Source: Octopus sinensis
Taxonomy: Eukaryota
Assembly (NCBI RefSeq): GCF_006345805.1
Contig: NC_042999.1
Span: 87,110,001 to 87,174,000, forward strand
Direction of reading: 5' to 3'
DNA length: 64,000 nucleotides
Each line of letters opens with the position of its first letter. Within the stretch, counting starts at the first letter, position 1. The notes below the pieces were generated by a model. That model was not told the DNA's origin. It searched no databases and saw only the letters and a list, made by a program, of their open reading frames with translations. A program made the position numbers and the translations under genes. This document shows, piece after piece, positions 49,744 to 62,630 of this stretch.

Positions 49744-51240
49744 TACATGCCATCAGGCAGCACTGGCAATGACCCACGCATAAATGGTACTTATTGTGTG
49801 CCACCAGCATGAGAGCTAGTCAGGCAGCACTGGCATTGGCAACAACTACAACTTCCATTTGATTGCAATTTGATTTTTGATTGTAACTTTGATTTTCATT
49901 TTACTCAACTCAGTAGGTCTCCTCAAGCACGACGTGTTGTCCAACGATTCAAAGGTACTTTTTAAATGGGTTGGTTATGTGACACTGGTATAGGCTATGG
50001 CTGTGATCTCACTTTACTTGCTGGGTCACAGCATATCTCCAGAGGTCTCGATCTTTCGTCATTGCTTCTGTGAGGCCCAACATTCGAAGGTCATGCTTCA
50101 CCACCTCATCCCATGTCTTCCTGGGTCTCCCTCTTCAACCAGTTCCTGCCACTTTTAGGGAGTGACACTTCTTCACACAGCTCTCCTCATCCATATGCAG
50201 CACATGACCATACCAGTGCAGTCATCTCTCTTTCACACCACATTTGATGCTTCTTATGTCTAACATTTCTGTCAGGGCGCTTACACTCTGCCAGATGTGC
50301 ATACTGACATTACACATCCAGTGGATTATACTAGCTTCATTTCTTTCAAGTCTATACATATCTCCAGCAGTCACAGCCCTAGTTTCACTGCCATGTAGCA
50401 TGGCAGTTCACACATGTGCATCACACAATCTACCTTTCACTCTGAGCAAGAGGCCTTTTGTCACCAGTAGAGGTAGGAGCTTACTGAACTTTGTCCAGGC
50501 TATTCTTATTCTAATGGCAATGTTCTTCGAGCATGTACCCCCACTACAGACTTGGTCACCTAGGTAGCGGAAGCTATCAACTACTTCTAGCTTCTCCCCA
50601 TGGCATGTGATGGAATCCATTTTCTGAGCAACTGTGATGTTTATTGCCCCTGTGCATCTGCCCTACACAACCTTCCTTTGATGTTACTGCACCTCTTATG
50701 CATCTATAGCTTACACTGGGTACATCTTATGGAGTTTCTACCTACACCTTTTCTACAGATAAAGCAGGGTCACCTTCATGAAGGGGTTTGTGATGTGTTT
50801 GCCTTCCTACTTACCAGGACTTTAGTTTTTGCAACATTGACTCTAAGGCCCATCAATTCTAATCCTTGCTTCCACACCTGCAATTTCTTCTCTAGTTCTG
50901 GTAGTGATTCTGCTATGGGAGCAAGGTCATCAGCATAGAGGAGCTTCCAAGGGCAACCTGTCTTGAATTCCTCTGTTATTGCATGGAGAACTATGATGAA
51001 TAAGGAGCCCTGAGGGCTGAACCTTGGCGAACCCCTACGTCTACCTGGAATTCTTCACTATACTCATTACTGACCCTTACCTTACTAATGGCATCCCTGT
51101 ACAGCTCTTATTAACCACTCATCAGTTTCCATTTTTTCATCGCCAACCAAATAAGGGACTAGGGGACCCTGTCAAGGGCTTTCTCCAAGTCAACAAAAGC
51201 CAAGTATAGGGGTTTATCTTTGACTAGGTATTTCTCCCAC
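49744..51240 (-). mobile_element. RTE-clade LINE 3' portion, decayed
   Basis: KLLYADD region (about 50930), C4HC3 finger, LEVVDSFRYLG and 3' UTR; same family as the 10900 copy. Confidence 0.93.
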
Positions 51241-51468
51241 ATATATATGTATAATGTTTGTTTTTATATTCAATTAGAATAAAAATAATTTTACATTAAC
51301 CTGATTGGTTACTCTGCTCTTTTGTACAGAACGATTTTATTATTCTTACCACACAACCATGTCTACACCTATGTATGTATGTGTGTGTGCGTGTATTTAT
51401 GCTTGTATATGTGGGAGTGTACATACACACATACACACATACACACATATATATATAATATATATATA

Positions 51469-51533
<65 letters not shown>

Positions 51534-51608
51534 TCATCATCATCATCATCGTTTAATGTCCGTTTTCCGCGCTAGCACGACATTTTAATTTGAAAATTAC
51601 ACAATTAT

Positions 51609-51774
51609 AAATAAGGGCAAAAAGAAAAAAAATTTCTTTGCAAATATGCTGAAAAATAGACACTAAATCATCTAACACCATAAAATATTTTCACTTGTAT
51701 TATTACACCAAGTAAAATATTTTGTGGTCAGACAATTTAGTGTCTATTTTTCAGAAATATTTTCCTTTCTGCCC

Positions 51775-51780
<6 letters not shown>
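51609..51780. mobile_element. Palindromic (fold-back) MITE, TA-flanked
   Basis: Arms AAATAAGGGC...GAAAAATAGACACTAAAT...AAAATATTTT(C)ACTTG pair along nearly the whole element, around a roughly 10-nt loop. Confidence 0.75.
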
Positions 51781-51807
<27 letters not shown>

Positions 51808-51827
51808 GATATATAGATAAAACGTGA

Positions 51828-51861
<34 letters not shown>

Positions 51862-52249
51862 ACGCATGAAAGTGACCCTCATGCAACCAGTTGATGTTTT
51901 AGACGTTTTGTATTTTTCACTATTTTTTCTGGAACAATCAGAGACTAATATTTTCATAGTCAGTTCTGACTAAATAAACAGAACTCCTGCTGTTTCCTTT
52001 TGTTTTCCCCCTGAAGATCAAAGTACCTCAAGAACCAGCAGATTCTCTTTTCCTTCATATGGAACGTTCATTTCAGCTAGTCATAAATAAGAAAACATGT
52101 TGAAGCAAAATGAGAATTCAGCTCACCGTATCTACTTTTTAACTAGTTTCCCATACCTTGTATGTTTGTTTTCTTTTTTGTTTGTCAGCAACATTATCCA
52201 CTCATATATGTGACACCCAAGAAAACTTTAATTCAAGAACATGTAAAAA

Positions 52250-52645
52250 GGATATTTCTGCAACATCGACGAAGTATTGAAGGCTGATCTCAAAACGTTG
52301 AACTTTATGAAGGAGATGACAGATGACCAAGATGTGTGGCACATTGCAGTACTTGAGAGGATCCACCCATCACAACAGAATTGAGATCCTAAAACCGAGG
52401 TGCCAAGTAACAAACATTGGTGTGGGTACTGATGCCATGTAAAAAGCACTGGTGATGATACTGTGAAAAACACCCAGTACACTCTGTAAAGTGGTTAGCA
52501 TTAGGAAGGGCATCCAACCATAGAAACCAAGCCAAAACAGAATATGGAACCTGATGTGGCCCCAAGCCTTGCCAGTTCTTGTCAAGTCATCCAACCCATG
52601 CTAACTTGGAAAACAGACATTAAATATTGATAATGATGATGATGA
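52250..52645 (+). mobile_element. Old RTE 3' end with (GAT)n tail
   Basis: DEVLKADLKTLNFMKEMTDDQDVW, then the 3' UTR and tail. Confidence 0.75.
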
Positions 52646-52748
52646 TGATGATGATTGAATTATAAATCTCACTTTATAAATCTGAATGTATGCATTAACA
52701 TTTTCTACAACACATTGATTTAAACTTGTTTTCACAAAAGTTCTAACA

Positions 52749-52966
52749 GGATGGCAAGCTAGCAAAATCATTTGCACACCAAACAAAGCCCTTAGCTGTA
52801 TTTCCTCTGGCTCCTTACATTGAGTTCAAATTCAGCTGAGGTCAACTTTGCCTTTTTGTCCTTTTGGGGCCAATAAAATAAATATTTGTTGAGCACTGGG
52901 ATCAATGTAATCAACTGGCCCCCTCACCACATAATTTAAGGCCTTGGGCTTATAATAGAAAGAATT
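52749..52966 (+). mobile_element. SINE family B, decayed
   Basis: ggatggcaagctagc...gagttcaaattcagctgaggtcaactttgccttt. Confidence 0.75.
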
Positions 52967-52989
52967 AATGCTGTAATTTAAAGTTTGAT

Positions 52990-53403
52990 ACTTTTATCTC
53001 TTTTACTCTTTTACTTGTTTCATTCATTCGACTGTGGTCATGCTGGAGCACCGCCTTTAGTCGAGCAAATCGACCCAAGGACTTATTCTTTGTAAGCCTA
53101 GTACTTATTCTATCGGTCTTTTTTGCTGAACCGCTAAGTTTTGGGGATGTAAACACACCAGCATCAGTTGTCAAGTGATGTTGGAGGGACAAACAGACAC
53201 ACAAACATACATACACACACATATATATATACATATATACGACAGGCTTCTTTCAGTTTCCATCTACCAAATCCATTCACAAGGCTTTGGTCAGCACAAG
53301 GCTATAGTAGAAGACACTTGCCCAAAGTGCCACGCAGTGGGACGGAACCCAGAACCATGTGGTTGGTAAGCAAGCTACCTACCACACAGCCACTCCTATG
53401 CCT
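52990..53403 (-). mobile_element. SINE family A, full length
   Basis: Collinear with 14334-14741. Confidence 0.9.
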
Positions 53404-53632
53404 ATATCCGTATATATTGGTGTGTGATTCAAGCTTGTACTTCACTAATTTTTGCAAGAACATGTGCTATTTAATAATGATTGAGCCTATAAAACTAGTA
53501 GAGCAGAAGTTTGCATAAAAAATAAAAGAGAACTCCTACAATTATTTGTTGTTCTTCTCTCCTTATCTCTATGTATCCATATTCTGTATATTGGTGATCC
53601 AGAATTGATTCAATCATACATGAGCTGTACAG

Positions 53633-53946
53633 CAGTGCTTCTCAAACTATCTGATGTGGTGTACTGGTAGTTTTTTTTTTCCCCATTATGCCAGGGACCG
53701 GTAATATTTATTAGTAATATTAATTTATACCAGAAACATTATATATAATGAATATAATAAAGTTTGACAATTTTTTTATCTTATATTTATTTTGTAAACG
53801 AATAATACAATATTACATAAGCATTTTATAAGTATTTTATAAGCATTTTATAATGATACTTTCTTTTCTGGAAACTCGTCGCATACCGGCAGTTGATGGC
53901 TCGCGGACTGGCACCAGTCTGAAGACCACCACTTTGAGTCACACTA
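53633..53946. mobile_element. hAT MITE (314 bp)
   Basis: TIRs CAGTGCTTCTCAAA / TTTGAGTCACACTA; perfect 8-bp TSD CTGTACAG (53625-53632 / 53947-53954). Confidence 0.9.
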
Positions 53947-54199
53947 CTGTACAGCACATATTTATAGTGCATTTTGAGATTGTTGAACAGTAAGTATTTA
54001 CAAACACATGTGACCTGATTGAACAGCTCAGAATGAGTTTACAAGCAAAGCATGCATCTACAAGTTCATCGATATCTTCTACATTACTCTACACTGGTAA
54101 CTGACTTATGATGAAACAGACTTATTTTAGATAACAACTGTAAAAATGTCAGCTATCATTCTCCTTGTCTCAAGCAGCATCAATTTATCAATCAATAAT

Positions 54200-54734
54200 T
54201 AGCTTTAAGCTAGTCCTTTCTTAGCTAATGATCTGGCTCTCTGGTATCCATGGGCTTAAGCTTATTTCTTCATACAATATAATATCTAAAGTTACTGCTT
54301 TCACTCATGCTCTCAGCTTGCTCACGTCAGAACACCCAGTGAGAGATAATACACAATTCTAAAAGAGAACTGATATGGTGCTCTTTCACATCAGATCAGA
54401 AACAGTTACACCAGTGCCTCATTACAAAACAATCGCAAGCCATCTCAGTTACTACAAAACATTCAAAGCTTCAAGGAGGAAATTACTTAGAAATGCCATT
54501 ATGAAATAAATATTTCTGTAATGATTCCTAAGGAATGTACTATTCATTGTTAAGGATATATCATCAACACCTTCAAATTAGGTGTATTGGCAGACACGAT
54601 AATGGCAGTTTTTTCACCTATGCCCTTCAAAGTATGCATACATTCTGCAAAACCAACACCACTATCAATACAGGAGAAAGGGAAATAGAGAGAGAGAGAG
54701 AGAGAGGAAGAGAGAAGTGAGTGAGTGAGTGAGT

Positions 54735-54783
<49 letters not shown>

Positions 54784-56180
54784 TCAATGATTAAGTAGCT
54801 TCTCTGACACTACAAGAATACAAGCACTAATGCTACAACTGTATCAGGAGCAACAGAAGCCATGAAGCACAAGTAACTAGTTCCATAATTAGGGAAGAGA
54901 CCACTCCCAAAGCAGAGGAGATAACTACTGATGTAGTTATCCTGTTGCCACAGTCAAGGAAGATTACAAAACTGGTATCCCTGGAGGTTTTGCAATCACA
55001 CCTTATAACAATATCAGTCTGTGTTTATATGAGATACATCTTTGCTCAAACAAGGAAAACTGCTCATGAAGGATTAATGGTCACCACTCTATCTGGCCAA
55101 ATTTCAACCAGTGTCCTACTTTGTATAACTGTCAGGAAGATCAACACATTTTCCTATGGTCACTGAAGCAGAAATGAGTATTCTACCATGTCCTCAAACA
55201 GACTGTAAGCACCAAGCCACTTTCATATTTCTACAGTCTGTTATCCTTTCTCCAATTACTACATACACTGAGAGATTTCTTACACTTTTTTTTGGAACAG
55301 TGATGAGCTTTTAGATAGGTATTCATTGTCACAGAGATGTATGCTTTCATAGCTGAAGCTGATTTCCACTCTTCAGCTCAGTCTAGTCAGTGATATGAAA
55401 CCCACTGGTTTATTGACTCTACAACCAGCCTTCATATGCTAGGAATCCATGTATGGTCTTAGTCAACCCTGTTTTAATACATACCATTTTACTCTGTATC
55501 CTTTGAATATTATAATATCAGAGTTTGATCACATGCTTGAATTTGAAATAATTCCGATTAAAAGTGCATTAGGTTATCACCATTGTATATGATTCTCAAA
55601 AAACATCAGGTAATTTATATCTTTGTAAGGACTGTTATACATTCAACATCAGTATTCAACATCTAGGTCATTCATTAGTTGACCACTCACACACAAGAGT
55701 CTCCTCCCTCACTAAACAGTGCACTGGTTTCCTCAAAGACATATTTTGTCAGGGCATACAGCCAGATGCTGGGGGATGACATTCACAAGACAATAATTAA
55801 AATGCCATTTGGCCTCCAAATGGTATTTGTATAAATGAGTTTGTATAAATAATATCATAACTGAGATAGTCAAGGCTTTTATATAGCACTGGATTTCCAT
55901 ATATGCCACCCCAGTCAACATCACAACTGGTAGGGAAATGGCATACTTGTTATGCCAGCAATCAAATCCATACTACCACTTGCCTTACAGTTGCTAACAG
56001 TGAAGTGAAACATTTTTATCATAAACATATATCAGTACAGAAACACTAGACAAACTGCAATAAGTGGTACAAGTACCTTCCTCTTGTACAACTAGGTACA
56101 TGCTCCATTGTGAAAGATCAATTTGGATGTACCCCAGGCAAACCTCAGTATGGTAGCACCAAGACATAATTGCACCTAGT
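54200..56180 (+). mobile_element. Highly decayed Gypsy LTR retrotransposon (gag-RT-RNaseH-integrase order)
   Basis: gag-like PFLANDLALWY...YTILKRELI; RT-like VCVYMRYIFAQ; integrase-like IVKAFI*HWISIYATP.NITT and WYKYLPLVQLG.C.IVKDQFGCTP...YG. No LTRs recognised. Confidence 0.65.
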
Positions 56181-56392
56181 AGTCCTACTGCAACAGCAAA
56201 CCTTTTGAACCATATTCATAGGCTAAATGAGCACTTGATTAGTACATTCATTACCAGTTATTACTTGGGTTACAATGGCCAACAGTACAAGTCTAACTAA
56301 ACCTCTCCAAATGTTTATATGTTTTGTTTGATGTGACAATCAAGAACCACTTAGGAAACTCTTTTCAAAACAGTTCTAGTAATTCATCAGTG

Positions 56393-56394
<2 letters not shown>

Positions 56395-56469
<75 letters not shown>

Positions 56470-56510
56470 TGTGTGTATGTGTGTGTGCGTGTATGTGTGT
56501 TTGTGTGTAT
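56395..56510. repeat. (GT)n microsatellite
   Basis: Direct reading. Confidence 0.97.
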
Positions 56511-56676
56511 ATATATATGTAAAATACAGTGTACATTTAAACACATTAAGGGGTAGCCATCATAGGACTCCCTTACGTTAGAAGGAACAGCTAAAGTCCA
56601 AAACCACTAATTAAGGATATATGTATGTATATGTATGTGTGTATATCTATATATATATATATATCTATCTATATAT

Positions 56677-56723
<47 letters not shown>

Positions 56724-56854
56724 CATGCTAGCATGGAAAGCGGACGTTAAATGATGATGATGATGATGATGATATATGTATACATGTATATGTATATATG
56801 TATATATATATATGTATATATATATATATACACACATATGTATATATACATGTA

Positions 56855-56918
<64 letters not shown>

Positions 56919-57200
56919 GCACTTGTGTCCGTGCTAGTAGGGTGCCAAGAGCACCATCTGAGTGTGATCGTTGCCAGAGCAGCCAACTGGCTTCCATGCC
57001 AGTGGATCATAGCAGATCTTCTTCTAGCATAATGGATGTCCATTTACATAATGGATGTCCATTTACTTTTATATCTATGTAATATAATTTTTCTGAAACT
57101 TCAGATTTTTCAATATGCTAGACCACTGGTTTTAAATTGACATTAATCAAATTAATATCCAATTTTTCACCCTTATTATTTTAAATTTATATATATATAT

Positions 57201-58108
57201 ATCATCATCATCATCGTTTAACATCCATTTTCCATGCTAGCATGGGTTGGATGGTTCAACCGGGGTCTGGGAAGCCAGGAGGCTGCACTAGGCTTCAGTC
57301 TGATCAGGCAGTGTTTCTACAGCTGGATGCCCTTCCTAACATCAACCACTCCGTGAGTGTAATGGATGTTTTTTATGTGCCACTGGCACAGGGGCCAGAG
57401 GAGGCTGGCAAATGACTACAATCGGCCGGTGCTTTTATGTGTCACTGACACGGACACCAGTCAGGCGGTGCTGGCATCTGTCATGTTCGAACGGTGCTTT
57501 TTACGTGTCACCGGCACAGGTATCTTAACTACAATTTCCATTTGATTTTTATTTTGATATTGGTGTTGACGTACTTGACTCAGTAGGTCTCCTCAAGAAC
57601 AGCGGGTCACTCTATGATCAAAGGTTAGCACAGGAGGCTATCCTGCGAGCCATGAACTCACTTCATTTGTTGGGTCTTCACAGTCACAGCATATCTCAGA
57701 GGTCTCGGTCTTTGTCATTTCCTCTGTGTGGCCCTACATTCCACCGGCATGGGTGTCACAACTACAATATCCATATGATTTTTATTTTGATGTTGATGAA
57801 CTTGACACAATAGGTGTCCTCAAGCGCAGCAGGCCATCCTGCAAGCCATGAACTCACTTCATTTGTCGGGTCTTCGAAGTCACAGCATATCTCCAGAGGT
57901 CTCGGTCTTTCATCATAGCCTCTGTGAGGCTCAACGTATGAAGGTCATGCTTGACCACCTCATCCCATGTCTTCCTGGGTCTACCTCTACCCTGGATTCC
58001 TTCAACAGTTTAGGAGTGGCACTTCTTCACACATCTCTCCTCATCCATCCGTAGTACATGACCATACCAATGCAAACGTCTCTCCTGCATGCTACATCCG
58101 ATGCTTCA
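57201..58108 (-). mobile_element. RTE 3' end with an internal duplication of about 200 bp
   Basis: (CAT)n tail, 3' UTR, two copies of the UTR/ORF-end segment (57510-57735 and 57745-57920), then the ORF C-terminus. Confidence 0.9.
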
Positions 58109-59924
58109 ACAGCTTTGACTGTCTAAAACCAGTGGATTTGTAGAGCAATCAATCTCTCAACAGTACCTTATCCAATTTAAACCTATTTTCAGCACATCAG
58201 AGATACTCAATCTTCAATCTCCTATCAGGAAGCTCAAGACAAAAATGACACTCGCTCTGGCTAGCCTAATTTGTGCATGTGCTCCATTTCTCATAAAAAA
58301 AGACTTTTGTATCACCATTTACACTACTTTTTGTTTTGATGCTTTTTGATAAGTGCTTTCCAACAATCTAACTGGGAAAATACTAGATCATCATTTTTCA
58401 TTTTCCATTGTTTTTGTGGGCGTCAATAAGCCACTTTGGCTATATAAACACAATGCAAATTGTTTCACATTTATCTCCTTGGTAGATATCATTACTGCAG
58501 AAATCAACAGAATTTTTTTCCTTCTGACATATCGCCCATTTAGACTAGTTTTAAATACTAAGACATGTTCGAGCTGAATGAGAAATCAATTTGTTGTTTC
58601 TCATTTTCTTCAAATTTTCTTGTATCACAAATCTATTTTCTTTTCTCCTAGCCTCACCGACATTGTCTGCTCCCTTCTCTATTCAAGGACATATTCTTAT
58701 CGTTGTTTGTACAACAGTGAGTTATACATTTGACTCTATAAAAACATTTATGAAAACATACATTTTTGGAAACTCTGCTTTTATTCATGTAATTTGGACA
58801 ATTTTTTTTCTCTGTATGTATTGTTGCCTACTTTGAACATGCAATTCACCAACTTTTGGAAGAACATGTGCTGTTTAATTAGTTTGAATTATAGTACCAG
58901 TAACATAGAGGTTTTTACTTCTGGTAGCATACAGGAAATAAAAGATAACTATTTTAATTTATTCATTATTGCTATCTCTGTGTAAACTCATTTTCTACAC
59001 ATGCACATACAGACACACAGACACAGACCCCCCCCCCCCCACACACACACACACACAAATACACATCATATTATCATCCTCATTTTTTACCCATTTCTCC
59101 ATGGGTTGGATGCATTTTTATCTGCAGAACAACACCAAAAAAAGTGACCTCACAGACAACACCAACATGCTATACATGCCATCAAGACTGACAGATGAAC
59201 AAAAATACTGTTGCGTAACCAAGTGTAGTATGCAGATCACTTTGTAAATTTCTTTCTATCATCTGATATTGGCAAGTTTTGAGTAGGGCGGTTGGAGAAT
59301 GAGAGCCATTTTATGCTTTGCCAAAAAAGCCATAGGTAAGAAGTGACATATGAATAGGTGCCTTGTCATTGTTCAGCATCTAGATTTTGTTTGTCCATGT
59401 CATGGTTAGAACCTTCATAATGTGTGTGTGTGTGTGTGTGTGTGTGTGTCTTTATGTTTGTGTTCTGCCCTCACTACCAATTGATAACCAGTGTTGGTTT
59501 GTTTAAGTCCCCACAACTTAGCAGTGCCAGGCTTACAAAAAAAAGAGATATGTACTGGGGTTGGTTCTTTTGACCAAATAGTTCTTCAAGACAGTGTTCC
59601 ACCGAGGCTGTAGTTTAATGACTGGAAAAAGTAAGTAATAAAAAGTAAAGATATATAATTTCTAGCATTTAGGGAAACACTTTATTACAAAAGAAGCAGA
59701 TACAGTTTCCTTGAGAAATGGGGATTAATATGCTAAGTTCAACAAAGTGTAGGAGTGGCTGTGTGGTAAGTAGCTTGCTTACCAACCACATGGTTCTGGG
59801 TTCAGTCCCACTGCATGGCACCTTGGGCAAGTGTCTTCTACTATAGCCTTAGGCCAACCAAAGCCAGATGGAAGCTGAAAGAAGCCTGTCGTATATGTTT
59901 ACATGTGTACGTATGTAAGTATTT

Positions 59925-60930
59925 ATTAACAAACCAACTGTAACGAAGACAATTGAAATTTAAATGTACCGGCCAATCATATTTAGTGTTCGATTCTTAA
60001 CTATTTCTGAACGTAATACTTTACACATATCACAGTCGAAATTATGACTTGCACTCGCATATACGTCTGTACACTTGTGGAACTTAATATCATGTAAACC
60101 AATGTTTTCATTTTATATGTATATGCCAATCTTTAATGCTTTGCATGGTACTGTAGTATTATTGTTGTTGTTGTTTTTGCTATTATGTTGCTAACCACAT
60201 GATGTATATATTGTTTTGCTGGTATTAATGTTATTAATAATAATGATATTAGTAGCAATAGTGGCAATGATAATAGTAATGATGGTAATATTAATGGCAT
60301 TTTGTAACTTAATATAATGAACTCTTGACTTTGTATATCTGCATTTGAATATGGATATGTGTATGTTTTCTATATTGTAATATCATAATATTATGTTGAC
60401 CAACTGTAACATTGAATATTGAACATGTGATTGTATACTGATTTATATTATTATGTATATGTATATATATATATGTATAGGAGTATGGGTATATGCACTC
60501 ATATGTATGTGTATATTATATATTATGGGTATGTACCCACTATTGTATGGGTGTACCTCCTCAGATATTCATATTTAATTTAGTTTGTATTTCATAATCA
60601 CTGAATAGGCCTTGGGATATTTTTGTAAGTGTTTCATTTATAACTACATATTGACCTATCAAACATGGCTAATATGAGCATAATGAGACACCCATATCTG
60701 CATGGCCGAAACAGCTGTAAGATGTAGTTTATATTTATATTTGTATTTATTTATATTCACTTATACATACTGTACTTATTGTATCATATTACTCTTTCAT
60801 GTACATTGTTTTGTTCTATATTATTATGTTTGACCTTAATGTTTATATGTTGTGGTTTAATAAATTATGTGATTGGGTATTATCTGGTAGTTGATCATTG
60901 ATTAAGATGTGTTTCTCCATTTTCTTATTT

Positions 60931-60935
<5 letters not shown>
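59925..60935 (+). mobile_element. Penelope-like AT-rich remnant with a decayed hammerhead
   Basis: Related to 15316-15880 by the ribozyme and downstream motifs; no RT or GIY-YIG ORF readable. Confidence 0.5.
60597..60724 (+). ncRNA. Type I hammerhead with extended stem II, decayed
   Basis: atca-CTGAATA-ggcc...ggcc-GAAA-cagctg-TA-agatg. Same architecture as 15436, but with G8->T in the core and a stem I mismatch. Confidence 0.6.
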
Positions 60936-61017
<82 letters not shown>

Positions 61018-61596
61018 TGTATATGTTTGCGTGTCTATGTCCCCCCACAACATCATTTGATAACTGATGCTGGTGTGTTTACATCCCCGTAACTTAGCAG
61101 TTCGGCAAAAGAGACCGATAGAATAAGTACTAGGCTTACAAAGAATAAGTCCTGGAGTCGATTTGCTCGACTAAAAGGTGGTGCTGCAGCATGGCCACAG
61201 TCAAATGACTGAAACAAGTAAAAGAGTAAAGCTACCATGCTGAATGTAGTTGTTATTTGTCTATCTGTTAAGTGTTTAGCATTAGGACGAGCATCCAGTC
61301 ATAGGAACCATGCCAAAACAGACATGGAGCCTGGGCAGCTCTTCAGCTGGTCAGCTCCTATCTAACCGTCCAACCCATGCCAGCATGGAAAACCGACATT
61401 AAATGATGAGGATAATGATAATGTTTCTTCTCAAAACCCACTCTGTATGTGAGTCAATGAGTGTGTGCATGTGTATGTGTGTGTGTGAGACAGAGAGACA
61501 GACAGAAAGAGAGAGGGAGAAAGGGAGAGAGAGGGAGGGAGAGAGGGAGAAAGAGAAAGGGGGAGAGGGAGAGAGAAAGAGAGATGGTGAAAGGGT

Positions 61597-61803
61597 GATA
61601 GATCAAAAAGATAGATAGAGAGGGATATATATATATAGAGGAATAGAGAGAGAGAAGGAGAAAGAGAGAGAGAATGAGAGAGACAAAGAGAGAGAAAGAG
61701 AGAGAGAGAGCATATATATATCTCTCTTCTTCTCTCCCTCTTTCTCCCTCTCTCTCTATTCCTCTATATATATCCCTCTCTATCTATCTTTTTGCTCTAT
61801 ATC
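61597..61803. repeat. About 85-bp inverted duplication in a GA/TA compound microsatellite
   Basis: caaaaagatagatagagagggatatat..agaggaatagagagagag.ggagaaagag is mirrored as its reverse complement at 61721-61803. Confidence 0.85.
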
Positions 61804-62265
61804 TATATATATATATATATATATATGCTGTCTAGTTGTTAAAGATGCCTTTACCATTAATAAAAAAAATAGAAGAAATAATAATCATTTGACAAGTCCC
61901 AAGTGTTCAATCTTTCCAGCATCAGTTCTTATTCAGGATTACTGTACTCCCATATGGGTAAATTGACTTGGCGGCATTCTGATGGCATAAAGATTGTCTC
62001 TGTCATGTGGGTAGAGCTTAGGAAGGGTACAGAGTTATCTTAACAGCTGGAAATGTTGACAGTCTTTACCATGCTATATGTTGGGTGTGGAAGGATGGCT
62101 GAGAAAGAGTGGAGAAGTCAGTGGTAGGGCATAGAATATATAATGTGTGACATTTTTCAAAAAGAAAGATGCCCTAAATTCAGGCTAAAAATATTGTAAA
62201 TTTAAGGTTAAAAACTACGCTGAGAAGCTGTATACACTGGATACTTTATATTATTTTATACACAC

Positions 62266-62470
62266 TCATTCATAGACACATACATATGTCATGCACGTAT
62301 ATATACACATATATGAACAAAATATATATACATGCACATTTATATGCATACATGATATATATATATGTATATACATATATATACACACACACATATATAT
62401 ATACACATATGTATATACATATATATGCACATTCATATATATATATGTGTGTGTGTGTATATATATATAC

Positions 62471-62542
<72 letters not shown>

Positions 62543-62630
62543 GACAGACAGACAGATAGACAAACAGTCATATACACAGACAGACAAATAGACAAACAGA
62601 TAGTTAGATATATATACATATATATACATA
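62266..62630. repeat. Compound TA/CA/GA/GACA microsatellite block
   Basis: Direct reading. Confidence 0.95.

Larger units (their letters stand above)
59747..61230 (+). mobile_element. SINE family A split by an insertion of about 1 kb
   Basis: Head at 59747-59893 and 3' half at 61020-61230, same strand, on either side of 59925-60935. Confidence 0.75.

Noticed and set aside
52028-52077. Micro-exon candidates (minus 52028-52077; plus about 59287-59335)
   Set aside because: They are isolated AG/GT-bounded open segments of about 50 nt, expected by chance, with no phase-linked neighbours or known peptide.
58150-58800. Possible IS630/Tc1-like transposase on the minus strand
   Set aside because: Only a vague resemblance; I could not read a diagnostic motif or TIR.
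62266-62629. Long ORFs of [12 protein letters not shown] type (also at 33838-34138, 56607-57082, 47142-47544, 22201-22470)
   Set aside because: They are translations of dinucleotide microsatellites that lack stops by composition.
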